Below, piece after piece: positions 51,331 to 60,384 of a stretch of DNA of 64,000 nucleotides; the stretch's first letter is position 1; each line of letters begins with the position of its first letter. Made by a program: the position numbers and the translations under genes. The notes under the pieces were generated by a model. The model was not told the DNA's origin, searched no databases, and saw nothing but the letters and a program-made list of their open reading frames with translations. The stretch covers positions 176 to 64,175 of the forward strand of contig JAGWVF010000006.1 of the NCBI GenBank assembly GCA_018971045.1, written 5' to 3'. Source of the DNA: Patescibacteria group bacterium. GTDB taxonomy: Bacteria; Patescibacteriota; Minisyncoccia; Phycocordibacterales; Phycocordibacteraceae.

Positions 51331-52722
51331 ATGGCTGACGCCGGTCTCATGGAAAAAATCGTCTCGCTTGCGAAGCGCCGCGGCTTCGTGTTCCCCGGCT
51401 CCGAGATTTACGGCGGCTTCGCGGGCGTCTACGATTGGGGCCCCTACGGCGTGTTCCTGCGCGAGAATGTCGTGCGGACATGGGAACGGTCGATGCAAGA
51501 ACATGACGATATCGCTTTCATCGACTCCGGAATATTCACCGCGCCGGAAGTGTGGGAGGCGAGCGGCCACGTATCGGGGTTTAACGATCCGCTCGTCGAG
51601 TGCCTCTCCTGTCACAGCAAGCTTCGCGCCGATCATCTGCTCGAATCCATCGGTATTAACGCCGACGAGAAGATGAGCGAAGCGGAGCTCAATGAACTCT
51701 TCGACGCCGCGCGCAAGGATATCGTCTGTCCCGTCTGCGGAAAGAAGCAGTTCGGCAACGTCGTTCAGAAAAATCTGATGGCGACCTCGACGCTCGGCCG
51801 CTTCAGTGAAGAGGATAAAGAAGTTTACTTGCGCGCCGAAACCGCCCAGGGCATCTACATCAACTACAAGAACGTCCTTCAAACGGGATTTTATAAGATC
51901 CCGTTCGGCATCGCTCAGGTGGGAAAAGTCTTTCGCAACGAGATCAGCCCCCGCCAATTCCTCTTCAGGAAGCGCGAGTTCGAACAAATGGAGATGCAGT
52001 ACTTCGTGCGTCCGAGCGAGGCTCCGGCGATCTACGAGTCGTGGCGCGCGGAGCGCATGGCGTATTACGATCGTCTCGGCATACGTCCAGATCATTTACG
52101 ATGGAAACGGCACGACAACCTCGTGTTCTACGCCAAAGACGCTTGGGATATTCAGTACGAATATCCGTTTGGATGGGGCGAGCTCGAAGGTCTCCACTAT
52201 CGCGGCGATTACGATCTTTCACAGCATCAGAAATTCTCTGGAGTCGATATGTCGTATCGCGACGAGAAAGTCGGCGGCTCTTTCATTCCCCATGTGATTG
52301 AGGCGTCGGTGGGCGTTGACCGGACAGTGCTTATGGTCCTCGCCGAGGCGTATGCCGAAGACGAGATGAACGGAGAGACGCGCGTCGTGATGCGTTTCCA
52401 CCCGCGCATTGCGCCTCTCAAGGCCGCCGTCTTTCCGCTCCTTAAAAATAAGCCGGAGCTCGTCGCGAAAGCGCGCGAGGTGTACGATGATCTGAAGAAA
52501 GCCGTTCCGTACGTGATCTGGGACGACAATGGAAACATCGGCAAGCGGTATCGCCGCCAAGACGAAATCGGTACGCCGTTTTGTATCACCATTGATTTCG
52601 ACACGCTCGGCGAATCGCCCGAGAAGAAAGATACCGTCACCCTTCGCCGCCGCGACTCAGGCGAGCAGGACCGCCTTTCGATCAAAGACGCGATTGAAAC
52701 AATCAAAAAAGCGATCGCCTAG
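51331..52722 (+). CDS. glyQS: glycyl-tRNA synthetase (alpha2 dimeric class II type)
   Basis: N-terminal RRGFVFPGSEIYGGFAGVYDWGPYG, class II motifs, C-terminal anticodon-binding domain. Confidence 0.9.
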   Translation: MADAGLMEKIVSLAKRRGFVFPGSEIYGGFAGVYDWGPYGVFLRENVVRTWERSMQEHDDIAFIDSGIFTAPEVWEASGHVSGFNDPLVECLSCHSKLRADHLLESIGINADEKMSEAELNELFDAARKDIVCPVCGKKQFGNVVQKNLMATSTLGRFSEEDKEVYLRAETAQGIYINYKNVLQTGFYKIPFGIAQVGKVFRNEISPRQFLFRKREFEQMEMQYFVRPSEAPAIYESWRAERMAYYDRLGIRPDHLRWKRHDNLVFYAKDAWDIQYEYPFGWGELEGLHYRGDYDLSQHQKFSGVDMSYRDEKVGGSFIPHVIEASVGVDRTVLMVLAEAYAEDEMNGETRVVMRFHPRIAPLKAAVFPLLKNKPELVAKAREVYDDLKKAVPYVIWDDNGNIGKRYRRQDEIGTPFCITIDFDTLGESPEKKDTVTLRRRDSGEQDRLSIKDAIETIKKAIA

Positions 52723-52753
52723 CCGCTTGACGCGAGTGTGCTAGAATGTCCGT

Positions 52754-53818
52754 ATGGGTAAGGATATTCGCATTTCGATTACCGCGAGCTCGGTGGTGAC
52801 CGTGCTTTTCGTTGTCGTCGGCGCGTACCTCTTCTGGATCTTGCGCGACCTCGCGCTCCTCGTCCTCACGGCGATCATCATTGCCTCGGCGATCGAGCCG
52901 TGGGTGGCTTTTTTCATCCGACGCGGCCTCCCGCGCTTCGTGAGCGCGCTTCTGGTCTATGTCATCGTCTTCGGCGCGTTCTTCGGGCTCCTGTACTATT
53001 TCTTCCCGCCGATTGTCGCCGATGCCGCCAATTTCATCGCCGCGATGCCGAAGTATCTCGACACGCTCAACCTCTCTGCGTCGTTTCCCGTACTCGCCAA
53101 TCCGGCTGGCGCGCTCGGTTTTTCGCAGGGAAACGGTTCATTCCTCCAGACACTCCTTTCACTCCAGGCTGTCTTTTCCGCGTCCTCGGGCGGCGTCATT
53201 CAGATTCTCGTTACCTTTTTCGGCGGCATCGTCTCTCTATTGCTCATCATCGTGCTCTCTTTTTATTTTGCGCTTCAGGATACGGGGGTCGATGATTTCC
53301 TTCGTCTCGTGATGCCCGTCGCGCATGAAGAGTATTCAGTCGATCTCTGGAAGCGATCGCAGAAGAAGATCGGCCTTTGGATGCAGGGGCAGATCCTGCT
53401 CTCGGTCATCGTCGCTATTCTCGTTTATCTCGGACTGTTGATTATCGGAGTGCCTTATGCGCTTCTTCTCGCCGTCTTCACGGCGATCGCCGAGATCATT
53501 CCGGTATTCGGCTCGCTCATCGCGGGCACCGTCGCAGTGATTGTCGCTTACGGGACGGGCGGCGTGCCGCTCGGACTCATCGTCGCGGGGCTTTATGTGG
53601 TGGTGAATCAATTTGAATCAAATCTCATCTACCCGCTGATCGTGAAGAAGATCGTCGGGATCCCGCCTCTCTTGGTTATCGTCGCGCTTATCGCGGGGTA
53701 TACGCTCGCGGGCCCCTTGGGCGTGGTGCTTTCCGTACCTGTCGCGGCCGTGATGCTTGAATTCATTACCGACTTTGACAAACGTAAGCGACGCGAACAT
53801 ACGCGTCTGCACGCGTAA
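52754..53818 (+). CDS. AI-2E family transporter (PerM/UPF0118)
   Basis: 8 TM topology with conserved central loop; typical length 354 aa. Confidence 0.8.
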   Translation: MGKDIRISITASSVVTVLFVVVGAYLFWILRDLALLVLTAIIIASAIEPWVAFFIRRGLPRFVSALLVYVIVFGAFFGLLYYFFPPIVADAANFIAAMPKYLDTLNLSASFPVLANPAGALGFSQGNGSFLQTLLSLQAVFSASSGGVIQILVTFFGGIVSLLLIIVLSFYFALQDTGVDDFLRLVMPVAHEEYSVDLWKRSQKKIGLWMQGQILLSVIVAILVYLGLLIIGVPYALLLAVFTAIAEIIPVFGSLIAGTVAVIVAYGTGGVPLGLIVAGLYVVVNQFESNLIYPLIVKKIVGIPPLLVIVALIAGYTLAGPLGVVLSVPVAAVMLEFITDFDKRKRREHTRLHA

Positions 53819-53824
53819 GCCTCC

Positions 53825-55258
53825 ATGCGCGTGCGCTACCTTACCACCACGCTGCCGTATGTAAATGCTGATCCGCATATCGGCAATGCCCTTGAATTCG
53901 TTCAGGCCGACGCGTACGCGCGCATACTGCGGCTACGCAATGAGGACGTGTTCTTCAATTGCGGCACTGACGAACACGGCCAGAAAATCTTGCAAGCCGC
54001 GGAGAGGGCGGGGCAGGACGTGCGCACGTACGTAGATCATTATGCAGAGGAGTTTCGGAAGCTCCACGCCGCGCTTGATCTCTCGAACGATGCCTTCATC
54101 CGCACCGAAAGCGAGAAGCACTATGCCGCCGCCGAGGAGATGTGGCGCCGCTGCGCCGCCGCGGGCGATATCTATAAGAAGTCGTATACCGGCATCTACT
54201 GCGTCGGCTGCGAGGCCTATAAAACCGAGAAAGATCTCGTCGATGGGGCGTGTCCGATCCATCCTTCCCTCGTGCTTGAAACTATCTCGGAAGAGAATTA
54301 TTTTTTCCGTTTTTCAAACTATCAGGAGAAATTGCTTGCGTATCTTGAGCGGCCGGGCGTGATTGTTCCCGAGTGGAGGCGCGACGAGGCGATCGCTTTC
54401 GTGAAGGGCGGGCTTGAAGACTTCAGCATTTCGCGCGAGAAGAAGCGGCTTTCATGGGGAGTGCCGGTGCCAGGCGATGAAGATCACGTGATGTACGTGT
54501 GGTTCGACGCGCTCACGAGCTATATCTCGACCCTGGGCTGGCCGGCCGATGCGGAAGGGAAATTTCAGAAATACTGGGAAGAGGGGACGACGCTCCAGAT
54601 GGCGGGGAAGGATCAAGTGCGCTTCCAATCGTTAATGTGGCAGGCGATGCTCATGAGCGCCGGCATGAAGAACACGGATCAGATTTTCTATCACGGTTTC
54701 ATTAATTCGGGCGGACAGCGGATGAGCAAATCGCTCGGGAACGTGATCAACCCCCACGAGCTCGTGAAGAAGTATGGAACTGACGCGACGCGGTATATGC
54801 TTCTCCGCCATGTCCATCCGGTCGAGGATTCCGACATCACCTGGGAGCGTCTCGACGAGTGGTATACGGCGAACCTCGCGAACGGTCTCGGCAATCTCGT
54901 CGCGCGCGTGATGAAGCTCGCGGAGACCTATCTGACGGACTCCGTCGCTCCTGTCGATACCGCGCTCCCGCCGCCGCTCGAGCATGAGAAAACCGTGAAC
55001 GCGTTTCGATTTAATGAAGCGATGGATATGATCTGGGCACGCATTCAAAAGGCGGATGAACGAATGGCCGCCGAGAAACCGTTTGCCGTGGTGAAAGAGG
55101 ACAGCGAGCGCGGCCGCGCGGTTATCAGAGCGCTCGTCGAAGAGGTGGCGCTCATCGCGCGCCTTCTCGCGCCGTATATGCCGCAGACGAGCGAACGGAT
55201 CCAGCGGGCCGTGCGAGAGAACCGCAAACCGGAGAACCTCTTCCCACGCCTCGCTTAG
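53825..55258 (+). CDS. metG: methionyl-tRNA synthetase, short form lacking C-terminal tRNA-binding domain
   Basis: TTTLPYVNADPHIGN (HIGH), zinc-knuckle CVGCEAY...CPIH, KMSKSLGN; ends after anticodon-binding helices. Confidence 0.9.
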   Translation: MRVRYLTTTLPYVNADPHIGNALEFVQADAYARILRLRNEDVFFNCGTDEHGQKILQAAERAGQDVRTYVDHYAEEFRKLHAALDLSNDAFIRTESEKHYAAAEEMWRRCAAAGDIYKKSYTGIYCVGCEAYKTEKDLVDGACPIHPSLVLETISEENYFFRFSNYQEKLLAYLERPGVIVPEWRRDEAIAFVKGGLEDFSISREKKRLSWGVPVPGDEDHVMYVWFDALTSYISTLGWPADAEGKFQKYWEEGTTLQMAGKDQVRFQSLMWQAMLMSAGMKNTDQIFYHGFINSGGQRMSKSLGNVINPHELVKKYGTDATRYMLLRHVHPVEDSDITWERLDEWYTANLANGLGNLVARVMKLAETYLTDSVAPVDTALPPPLEHEKTVNAFRFNEAMDMIWARIQKADERMAAEKPFAVVKEDSERGRAVIRALVEEVALIARLLAPYMPQTSERIQRAVRENRKPENLFPRLA

Positions 55259-55261
55259 CGT

Positions 55262-56059
55262 ATGGAGGTTCGCTATATTGACGCGCATTGCCACGTTCAA
55301 TTTGACCACTACGCGCAGGATGGCCAGGAGATCATCGACCGCATGCGGCGCGAGGGAGTCGCGGGTATCGCGGTCGGGTGCGATCTCCCATCGTCGCGCG
55401 AGGCGGCGGCGCTCGCTCGATCGAACGCGAATCTGTACGCGTCGATCGGACTGCACCCGAATCGCGACGCGCACGAGCCGTTTGATGAACAGGCCTTTCG
55501 AGCGCTCGCGGCAGAGCCGAAGGTCGTGGCGATCGGAGAGTGCGGACTGGATTATTTCAGGCCGACGGAGATAAACGATGAGATAAAGAAGGAACAAAAA
55601 GATCTGTTCAAACAGCACATCACGCTCGCCGCAGAAATCGATGCGCCCCTCATTGTCCACGCGCGTCCGAGCAAGGGCGCGATGGACGCGTACGCCGACG
55701 CGATAGGCATCCTCGCTGAAGCGAAGACGCGGCATCCGCATCTGCGCGGCGACATCCATTTCTTCGTAGGAGGCGCTCTGGAAGCCGAGGCGTTTATCGC
55801 GCTCGGCTTCACGATCTCCTTTACGGCGGTCATTACCTTCGCCCGTGATTACGACGAGGTCATCCGTTCCGTGCCGCTCTCTTCCATCCTCGCCGAGACT
55901 GACGCGCCGTACGTCGCTCCCGCGAGCCGCCGCGGGACTCGGAACGACCCGCTCGCGGTCGTGGATGTCGTGAATACAATCGCGGAAATCAGAAATGAGG
56001 ATCCTGAACGAGTCCGCTCGGCTATTCTCGCGAATACCCGCAATCTATTCGCGCTTTAG
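55262..56059 (+). CDS. tatD: TatD-family metal-dependent hydrolase (DNase)
   Basis: IDAHCHVQFDHY N-terminal HxH motif; TIM-barrel length 265 aa. Confidence 0.85.
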   Translation: MEVRYIDAHCHVQFDHYAQDGQEIIDRMRREGVAGIAVGCDLPSSREAAALARSNANLYASIGLHPNRDAHEPFDEQAFRALAAEPKVVAIGECGLDYFRPTEINDEIKKEQKDLFKQHITLAAEIDAPLIVHARPSKGAMDAYADAIGILAEAKTRHPHLRGDIHFFVGGALEAEAFIALGFTISFTAVITFARDYDEVIRSVPLSSILAETDAPYVAPASRRGTRNDPLAVVDVVNTIAEIRNEDPERVRSAILANTRNLFAL

Positions 56060-56150
56060 CGCGGCACCGTCCGTGCGCCGTTTCCGGCTTTAGAGCCGCA
56101 TGTCCGGCCGCCTTGCGAGGGAGGTTTTGTCGTGATAGGATGCCCCTCAT

Positions 56151-56633
56151 ATGGCTAAGAAGGAGGAGACTCTCGAGAGCGGGAATGAGGCAATCGGCGG
56201 CGAACCGCGCGTCTATGAGCTCGGCTTCCACCTTGATCCGGAGCTTCCGGCTGAAGAGGTGAAGAAGAGCTATCAGACCGTGCGCGATCTCATCATGGGC
56301 GCCTCGACGATTGTCGCCGAAGGCGAGCCCGAGAAGATTCAGCTTGCCTATACGATCTCGCGGCAGGACGTGGCCGGCCGCCGCGATTTTAATTCCGCGT
56401 ATTTCTGCTGGATCGCCTATGAGACGACGCCCGAAAATCACGGCGAGATCATCGCCGCCGCGAGCGAGAATCAACGCATCATCCGCTTCATCGACGTGCT
56501 TACCACCAAGGAGGCGGCGCGCCACGCGGTTGAGATGCGTGATATCGCAGAGACGATCGCCAAACCGGACGAGGACGCCGATACGGGATCCGGCGCGGAG
56601 CTCGACGCAGTCCTCGAGAACATCGTTGTCTAA
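56151..56633 (+). CDS. rpsF: 30S ribosomal protein S6 (extended)
   Basis: Position immediately upstream of ssb and rpsR (conserved rpsF-ssb-rpsR order); S6-like YELGFHLDP...LAYTISR core. Confidence 0.7.
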   Translation: MAKKEETLESGNEAIGGEPRVYELGFHLDPELPAEEVKKSYQTVRDLIMGASTIVAEGEPEKIQLAYTISRQDVAGRRDFNSAYFCWIAYETTPENHGEIIAAASENQRIIRFIDVLTTKEAARHAVEMRDIAETIAKPDEDADTGSGAELDAVLENIVV

Positions 56634-56634
56634 C

Positions 56635-57078
56635 ATGTACCTCAACAAAGTATTCCTCTACGGCAATCTCACTCGCGATCCCGAGCTGAAGGCGTTGCCG
56701 TCCGGTTCAAATGTCGTGTCGTTCGGCCTCGCCACCAATCGAACCTATAAGGACAAGAACGGCGCGAAGCAGGAAGCGACCGAGTTCCACAATATCGTCG
56801 CCTTCGGCCGGACGGCCGACGTGATCGCGCAGTACTGCAAGAAGGGCCGCCCGATCTTTATCGAGGGCCGCCTTCAGACGCGCTCCTGGGATGACAAGGA
56901 GACGGGGAAGAAGAATTACCGCACCGAGATCGTCGCGGATACGTTCCAGTTCGGCGCAGACGGCGGGAAGGGCGCCTCGACTGCGGGCGGCGCCCACGAA
57001 GATCAGCCGGCTCCGAGCGAGGGCGAGGCGATCAAGTATCCGGACGAGGAGATCAATCCGGAAGACATTCCTTTTTAA
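56635..57078 (+). CDS. ssb: single-stranded DNA-binding protein
   Basis: MYLNKVFLYGNLTRDPELKALPSG OB fold and acidic C-terminal tail ending DIPF. Confidence 0.9.
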   Translation: MYLNKVFLYGNLTRDPELKALPSGSNVVSFGLATNRTYKDKNGAKQEATEFHNIVAFGRTADVIAQYCKKGRPIFIEGRLQTRSWDDKETGKKNYRTEIVADTFQFGADGGKGASTAGGAHEDQPAPSEGEAIKYPDEEINPEDIPF

Positions 57079-57104
57079 ACTTTTACACAGTTAAACATTT
57101 CACC

Positions 57105-57311
57105 ATGGCGTATCAAGCGGAGCGTGAAGAGATTGAGATCAAGAAGTTCATCGACTACAAGGACGTCGGGTATCTGCGGCAGTTCACCAACCCGCACGCC
57201 AAGATGCTCTCGAAGAAGCGGACCAATATGCCTGCAGGGAAGCAGCGCGATATCGCCCAATCGATTAAGCGCGCCCGCTACATGGCGCTCCTCCCGTACG
57301 TCGCGGCATAA
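57105..57311 (+). CDS. rpsR: 30S ribosomal protein S18
   Basis: IDYKDVGYLRQFTNPHAKMLSKKRTNMPAGKQRDIAQSIKRARYMALLPY canonical S18. Confidence 0.85.
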   Translation: MAYQAEREEIEIKKFIDYKDVGYLRQFTNPHAKMLSKKRTNMPAGKQRDIAQSIKRARYMALLPYVAA

Positions 57312-57340
57312 ACCGCATAGCGGTACCGCGTGCGAAAGCG

Positions 57341-57368
57341 AAAAACCACCCCAGCGGGTGGTTTTTCT
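57341..57368. terminator. bidirectional terminator between rpsR (+) and efp (-)
   Basis: AAAAACCACCC-CAGC-GGGTGGTTTTTCT. Confidence 0.6.
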
Positions 57369-57393
57369 AAGTTCCAGCATCCGTTTTTGGCAT

Positions 57394-57969
57394 CTACGCT
57401 TTCTCGACGCGCTCCGTGTACTCGCCGGAGTCGGTATTGATGCGAATCACGTCGCCCGGATTAATGAAGAGCGGAACATTCACCTTCGCTCCCGTCACGA
57501 GCTCGGCGAGCTTGGTGCCGCCGGAGACGGTATTGCCCTTCACCGCCGGAGGCGCGTCCTTCACTTCGAGCTCGACTTTAATGGGAATCTTGATCGTCAT
57601 CGGCTTCTCTTCGTAGGTCAGCACTTCGACGACCGTGTTCTGCGTGAGCCACTGCACTTGATCGCGGACATTCTCAAAGGGGAAGGAGAAACGGTTCTTC
57701 GGATTTCCTTCTTCGGAAAACCAGCTCTCTTTACCGTTCGAATAAAGGTAGACTGCACTCATGCGATCCGTATCGGCCTCATCGGCCGTTTCATTCGCAT
57801 GAAAGGAGATCTCGAGCACCTGTCCGGTCACCATATTGCGCAGTTTGGTTTGGTTTACCGGCTTACGCTTCTGCATACGGAATATGTGCGCGGAGAGCAC
57901 TTCATACGGAGCGCCGCTGTAGTCGATTATTTTCTTCGGAAGAATTTCATTATAGGCGAGTACGGACAT
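57394..57969 (-). CDS. efp: elongation factor P
   Basis: 191 aa; KPGKGQAFVRTKLRN-type region (KRKPVNQTKLRNMVTGQV) and three OB/KOW-like domains. Confidence 0.9.
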   Translation of the reverse strand: MSVLAYNEILPKKIIDYSGAPYEVLSAHIFRMQKRKPVNQTKLRNMVTGQVLEISFHANETADEADTDRMSAVYLYSNGKESWFSEEGNPKNRFSFPFENVRDQVQWLTQNTVVEVLTYEEKPMTIKIPIKVELEVKDAPPAVKGNTVSGGTKLAELVTGAKVNVPLFINPGDVIRINTDSGEYTERVEKA

Positions 57970-58062
57970 GGATTTGAAACTATGGACGGATAATGGTCGT
58001 TATAAAAAGTAACCGCCCACGCTCTCTTTTTGGCGAGGCGGCACGGAACGGACAACTGTTGT

Positions 58063-58656
58063 ATGCTAGCAGACATTATGAGTTTTTCAAGCCTGAATCT
58101 CGCCAATCTCTCCGATGCCGAGGCGCTCGCGCGCTCGCGCCGCGAGCCCGAGCTCTTCGCGATTCTCGTACGCCGCTATGAGGCGGCGCTCCTGCGCCGT
58201 GCGCGCGCTATCCTCAAGAGCCCCGAGGACGCCGAAGAGGCGGTTCAAGACGCATTTACCAAGATGTATCTCTACGCCGACACCTATCATCCGCAGGAGG
58301 GAGCGAGCTTCGCTTCATGGGCGTACACGATCCTCAATCGCGTCGCGTACACGAGGTATCGTTCTCAGACGGGCGAGCGCGGACGACGCGCCGAGCTTGA
58401 TCCCGAACATTACGAATCGCTCCCGGACGCGCGCGCCGAATTCATCGAAGATCTCTCGATTCGCAATGAAGTGGTCGCCGCGCTCGCGAAATTGCCTGAA
58501 GCCGCGGCGAGGATTCTCCGGCTCCAGTTTATCGAAGGGAAGACGCAAGAGGAGATAGCGCAGTCGGAAGATCTCTCGATACCGGCCGTGAAGACGCGGG
58601 TGCATCGGGCGAAGAAACAGTTTAAAGAAGTGTATGATTCACAAAAGTATGATTGA
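58063..58656 (+). CDS. sigma-70 family (ECF-type) RNA polymerase sigma factor
   Basis: Region 2 (ILVRRYEAALLRRARAILKSPEDAEEAVQDAFTKMY) and region 4 HTH (TQEEIAQSEDLSIPAVKTRVHRAKKQF); start ATG 58063 or 58078. Confidence 0.75.
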   Translation: MLADIMSFSSLNLANLSDAEALARSRREPELFAILVRRYEAALLRRARAILKSPEDAEEAVQDAFTKMYLYADTYHPQEGASFASWAYTILNRVAYTRYRSQTGERGRRAELDPEHYESLPDARAEFIEDLSIRNEVVAALAKLPEAAARILRLQFIEGKTQEEIAQSEDLSIPAVKTRVHRAKKQFKEVYDSQKYD

Positions 58657-59002
58657 AAATACCGAGCACCGCGAACGCAATGATTCCATTTCAAACATCG
58701 AACAGGTCGTGATGCGCCGCGTGCGCTTGATCCGTATCCTGCTCCTCATTGTCTCGACAGCGACGTTCGCGGTACTCACTGGTGTTGCCACTCTGTGGGA
58801 GATCGGGAGGGAGGTCTGGGTCGCGCGCGTTTTCGAGAACATGCCGCGCCACGGCCTCTTCGCTGAATTTCAGTTCTGGATCGCCGCTTTCCTCCATACC
58901 CGCCTCTCGGTCGAAATCCTCGTCGTCCTCACCCTCACCTCGCTCGTCTTCCTCATCCGCGAGCTCGTGCGCCTCGCGCTCTCCTACGCGCGAGGCGGCT
59001 AA
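58649..59002 (+). CDS. hypothetical membrane protein, possible anti-sigma factor
   Basis: Overlaps sigma gene end; two TM helices; position downstream of ECF sigma. Confidence 0.4.
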   Translation: MIENTEHRERNDSISNIEQVVMRRVRLIRILLLIVSTATFAVLTGVATLWEIGREVWVARVFENMPRHGLFAEFQFWIAAFLHTRLSVEILVVLTLTSLVFLIRELVRLALSYARGG

Positions 59003-60048
59003 CCTTCAGCGAGCTTTTCCTTGATCCGCTTTAAGAGCTCTTTGGCGACGTCTTTATTCTCGCGGAGGGTCGTGCGCGAGGCGTCGTAGCCGCGGCCGAG
59101 CGAGGTCTCGCCGAAGGCGTAGCTCGAGCCAGACTTCTTCACGAGATCGTACTTCTCGCCGAGCGCGAGGAGCTCGCCCTCGCGGCTGATCCCCTCGTTG
59201 TAGAGAAGGTCAAACTCGGTCGTTTTAAAGGGAGCGGCGACTTTGTTCTTCACCACCTTCACTCGCACGCGGCCGCCGACCACCTCTTCGCCTTTTTTAA
59301 TTGACGCGATGCGGCGGATATCGAGGCGCACTGAGGTATAGAACTTCAAGGCCTTACCGCCCGGAGTCGTTTCGGGATTGCCGAACATCACCCCGATCTG
59401 CATGCGGATCTGATTAATAAATATGACAATCGTCTTGGAGCGCGCGGCGATCGCGGTAAGCTTCCGGAGCGCCTGGCTCATGAGCCGCGCCTGCTTGCCC
59501 ATATGCTGTTGTCCCATCTCGCCCTCGATCTCGTCTTTTGGCGTAAGCGCCGCGACCGAGTCGACGACGATCACGTCGACGTTTCCGCTTCTGACGAGGC
59601 TCTCGACGATATCGAGCGCCTGTTCGCCGGTGTCCGGCTGGGAAATAAGCAGTTCTTGGAGCTTCACGCCGATGCGCCGCGCGTACTCCGGGTCGAGCGC
59701 GTGTTCCGCGTCGACAAAAGCCGCGATGCCGCCGCCCTTTTGCGCCTCGGCGATCACGTGGAGCGCGAGCGTCGTCTTACCGGACGATTCGGGGCCGAAG
59801 ATTTCGATGATGCGCCCGCGCGGGAGGCCGCCGATCCCGAGCGCCGCGTCAAGACCGATGGATCCGGTCGAGATAGCCGGAATCTTTTGCGGCGTTCCGG
59901 CGCCGTAGGTCGAGATGGCTTCGTCGCCAAACTTGGTGCGGATCTCTTTGAGCGCGAGATCGATCGATTTCTGGCGCTCGCTCTTATCGGCGCTTGGCGC
60001 GGCAATCGTTTTCTCCACTTTTTCTTTTTTTGATTTTTTGAGCGGCAT
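58999..60048 (-). CDS. recA: recombinase RecA
   Basis: [20 protein letters not shown] Walker A and full-length RecA alignment pattern. Confidence 0.95.
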   Translation of the reverse strand: MPLKKSKKEKVEKTIAAPSADKSERQKSIDLALKEIRTKFGDEAISTYGAGTPQKIPAISTGSIGLDAALGIGGLPRGRIIEIFGPESSGKTTLALHVIAEAQKGGGIAAFVDAEHALDPEYARRIGVKLQELLISQPDTGEQALDIVESLVRSGNVDVIVVDSVAALTPKDEIEGEMGQQHMGKQARLMSQALRKLTAIAARSKTIVIFINQIRMQIGVMFGNPETTPGGKALKFYTSVRLDIRRIASIKKGEEVVGGRVRVKVVKNKVAAPFKTTEFDLLYNEGISREGELLALGEKYDLVKKSGSSYAFGETSLGRGYDASRTTLRENKDVAKELLKRIKEKLAEG

Positions 60049-60057
60049 AGCGTGAGA

Positions 60058-60378
60058 TTAGGGTACGAAGATAGTGCGGGTTGTCGTGATCGTCCTGCCA
60101 AAGCGATCAATCGCCCTGAGGGTAAGTATAGACCCTCCTTTCGGGAAGGTCAGCGTTGACAGGAAAGCGCCGTTCTGGTCGTGTAGCAGAGGAGTCCCGT
60201 TGAGAGTGAGTTCCGCCGCGCGTCTTATCGTGCCGCGAATGTCGACGATACCGCCCGGGGCAAGGGCATTATTAAGAGGCGAAGCGACAGCGAGCGCCGG
60301 TCCGGCGATAAGCGGCCATGCTTCGATCGCGCCGTACACGGCGCCGATAAGGAGGACGAGGCCAATCAGCTGTTTCAT
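60058..60378 (-). CDS. hypothetical secreted protein
   Basis: 106 aa with signal-peptide-like N-terminus MKQLIGLVLLIGAVYGAIEA. Confidence 0.45.
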   Translation of the reverse strand: MKQLIGLVLLIGAVYGAIEAWPLIAGPALAVASPLNNALAPGGIVDIRGTIRRAAELTLNGTPLLHDQNGAFLSTLTFPKGGSILTLRAIDRFGRTITTTRTIFVP

Positions 60379-60384
60379 CGCCCT

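Noticed and set aside
54632-55759. 375-aa minus-strand ORF
   Set aside because: Antisense to metG/tatD.
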